32,000 nt of DNA from an uncultured Actinomycetes bacterium (GTDB taxonomy: Bacteria > Actinomycetota > Actinomycetes > S36-B12 > CAIYMF01). The notes beneath the pieces were generated by a model that saw only the letters and a list, made by a program, of their open reading frames with translations, made no database searches and was not told where the DNA came from. The DNA is taken from positions 630,001-662,000 of the forward strand of contig CAWJMG010000001.1 of NCBI GenBank assembly GCA_963843975.1, written 5' to 3'. This document shows, in pieces, positions 31,603-32,000 of the stretch (position 1 is the first letter of the stretch; each line of letters opens with the position of its first letter). The position numbers were made by a program, and so were the translations under genes.

Positions 31603-32000
31603 CAGGCCTCGAGCGGCTCTCGCTGCCAGAGGCCGGTCTTGCCCCCGCGCTTCTCCTCGACCCGGATGTCGGTGATCGCGGCCGACGGGTCGAGCGCCTT
31701 CACCATGTCGACGAGGGCGAGCGCCGCGACCGAGACGCAGGTGAGCGCCTCCATCTCGACGCCGGTGCGGTCAGCCGTGCGCACCTCGGCGCGGATGGCG
31801 ACGTGGTCGTCGTGCACGTCGAGGTCGACGACGACGCCGTGGATCGCGATGGGGTGGCACAGCGGCACGAGGTCGGGCGTGCGCTTGGCCGCCTGGATCC
31901 CCGCAATGCGCGCTACGCCGAGCGCGTCGCCCTTGGGCACGGTGCTGTCGCGCAATGCGCGCACGACGTCGTCGGACACGTAGACGCGACCGGTCGCGAC
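31602..32000 (-). CDS. moaC: Cyclic pyranopterin monophosphate synthase MoaC (5' end beyond window)
   Basis: KGDALGVARIAGIQAAKRTPDLVPLCHP .. TGVEMEALT .. VEEKRGGKTG. The reading frame stays open to position 32000. Confidence 0.9.
   Translation of the reverse strand, partial: VATGRVYVSDDVVRALRDSTVPKGDALGVARIAGIQAAKRTPDLVPLCHPIAIHGVVVDLDVHDDHVAIRAEVRTADRTGVEMEALTCVSVAALALVDMVKALDPSAAITDIRVEEKRGGKTGLWQREPLEA

Overview
High-GC (roughly 70%) actinobacterial chromosome segment. The eno / ftsB-divIC / DUF501 / ppx gene order is the conserved actinobacterial cluster. The window has two parts.
(1) 1 to about 14.2 kb is accessory DNA.
- A lower-GC type I R-M operon lies on the minus strand (hsdM-hsdS-hsdR, with hsdR running off the left edge).
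- Next comes a frame-interrupted gene joining an alpha/alpha-toroid (prenyltransferase/squalene-cyclase repeat) domain to an OmpR-type winged helix, then a Nudix hydrolase.
- A co-directional plus-strand mobility module follows: four small proteins, a VirD4/TraD-like coupling ATPase, a replication-relaxation protein, two tandem ArdC-like HEXXH proteins, an XRE repressor with an ImmA/IrrE protease, and a large serine recombinase.
- The recombinase ORF stops inside the anticodon loop of a tRNA gene at 14161-14237.
(2) 14.2-32 kb is ordinary core genome: def, an ACT-domain protein, ndh (apparently frameshifted), glutathione peroxidase, a GNAT-Nudix fusion, ppx, DUF501, ftsB/divIC, eno, an MpaB-like protein, a two-component system, a Mo-cofactor oxidoreductase, a hydrolase, a VOC protein, tRNA-Ala, a secreted protein, a SepX/GlpR-like protein, a GNAT, mog/moaB and moaC.
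The most unusual signal is a bipartite stem-loop in the 5' leaders of both ArdC-like genes. Its flanks are identical, its inner helix is completely replaced yet still pairs, and its spacing to the SD/start is identical. It sits in a 1-kb tandem module that also repeats a terminator-like hairpin.
All functional calls come from reading motifs in the supplied translations and the DNA. No database search, RNA folding or tRNA scanner was run.
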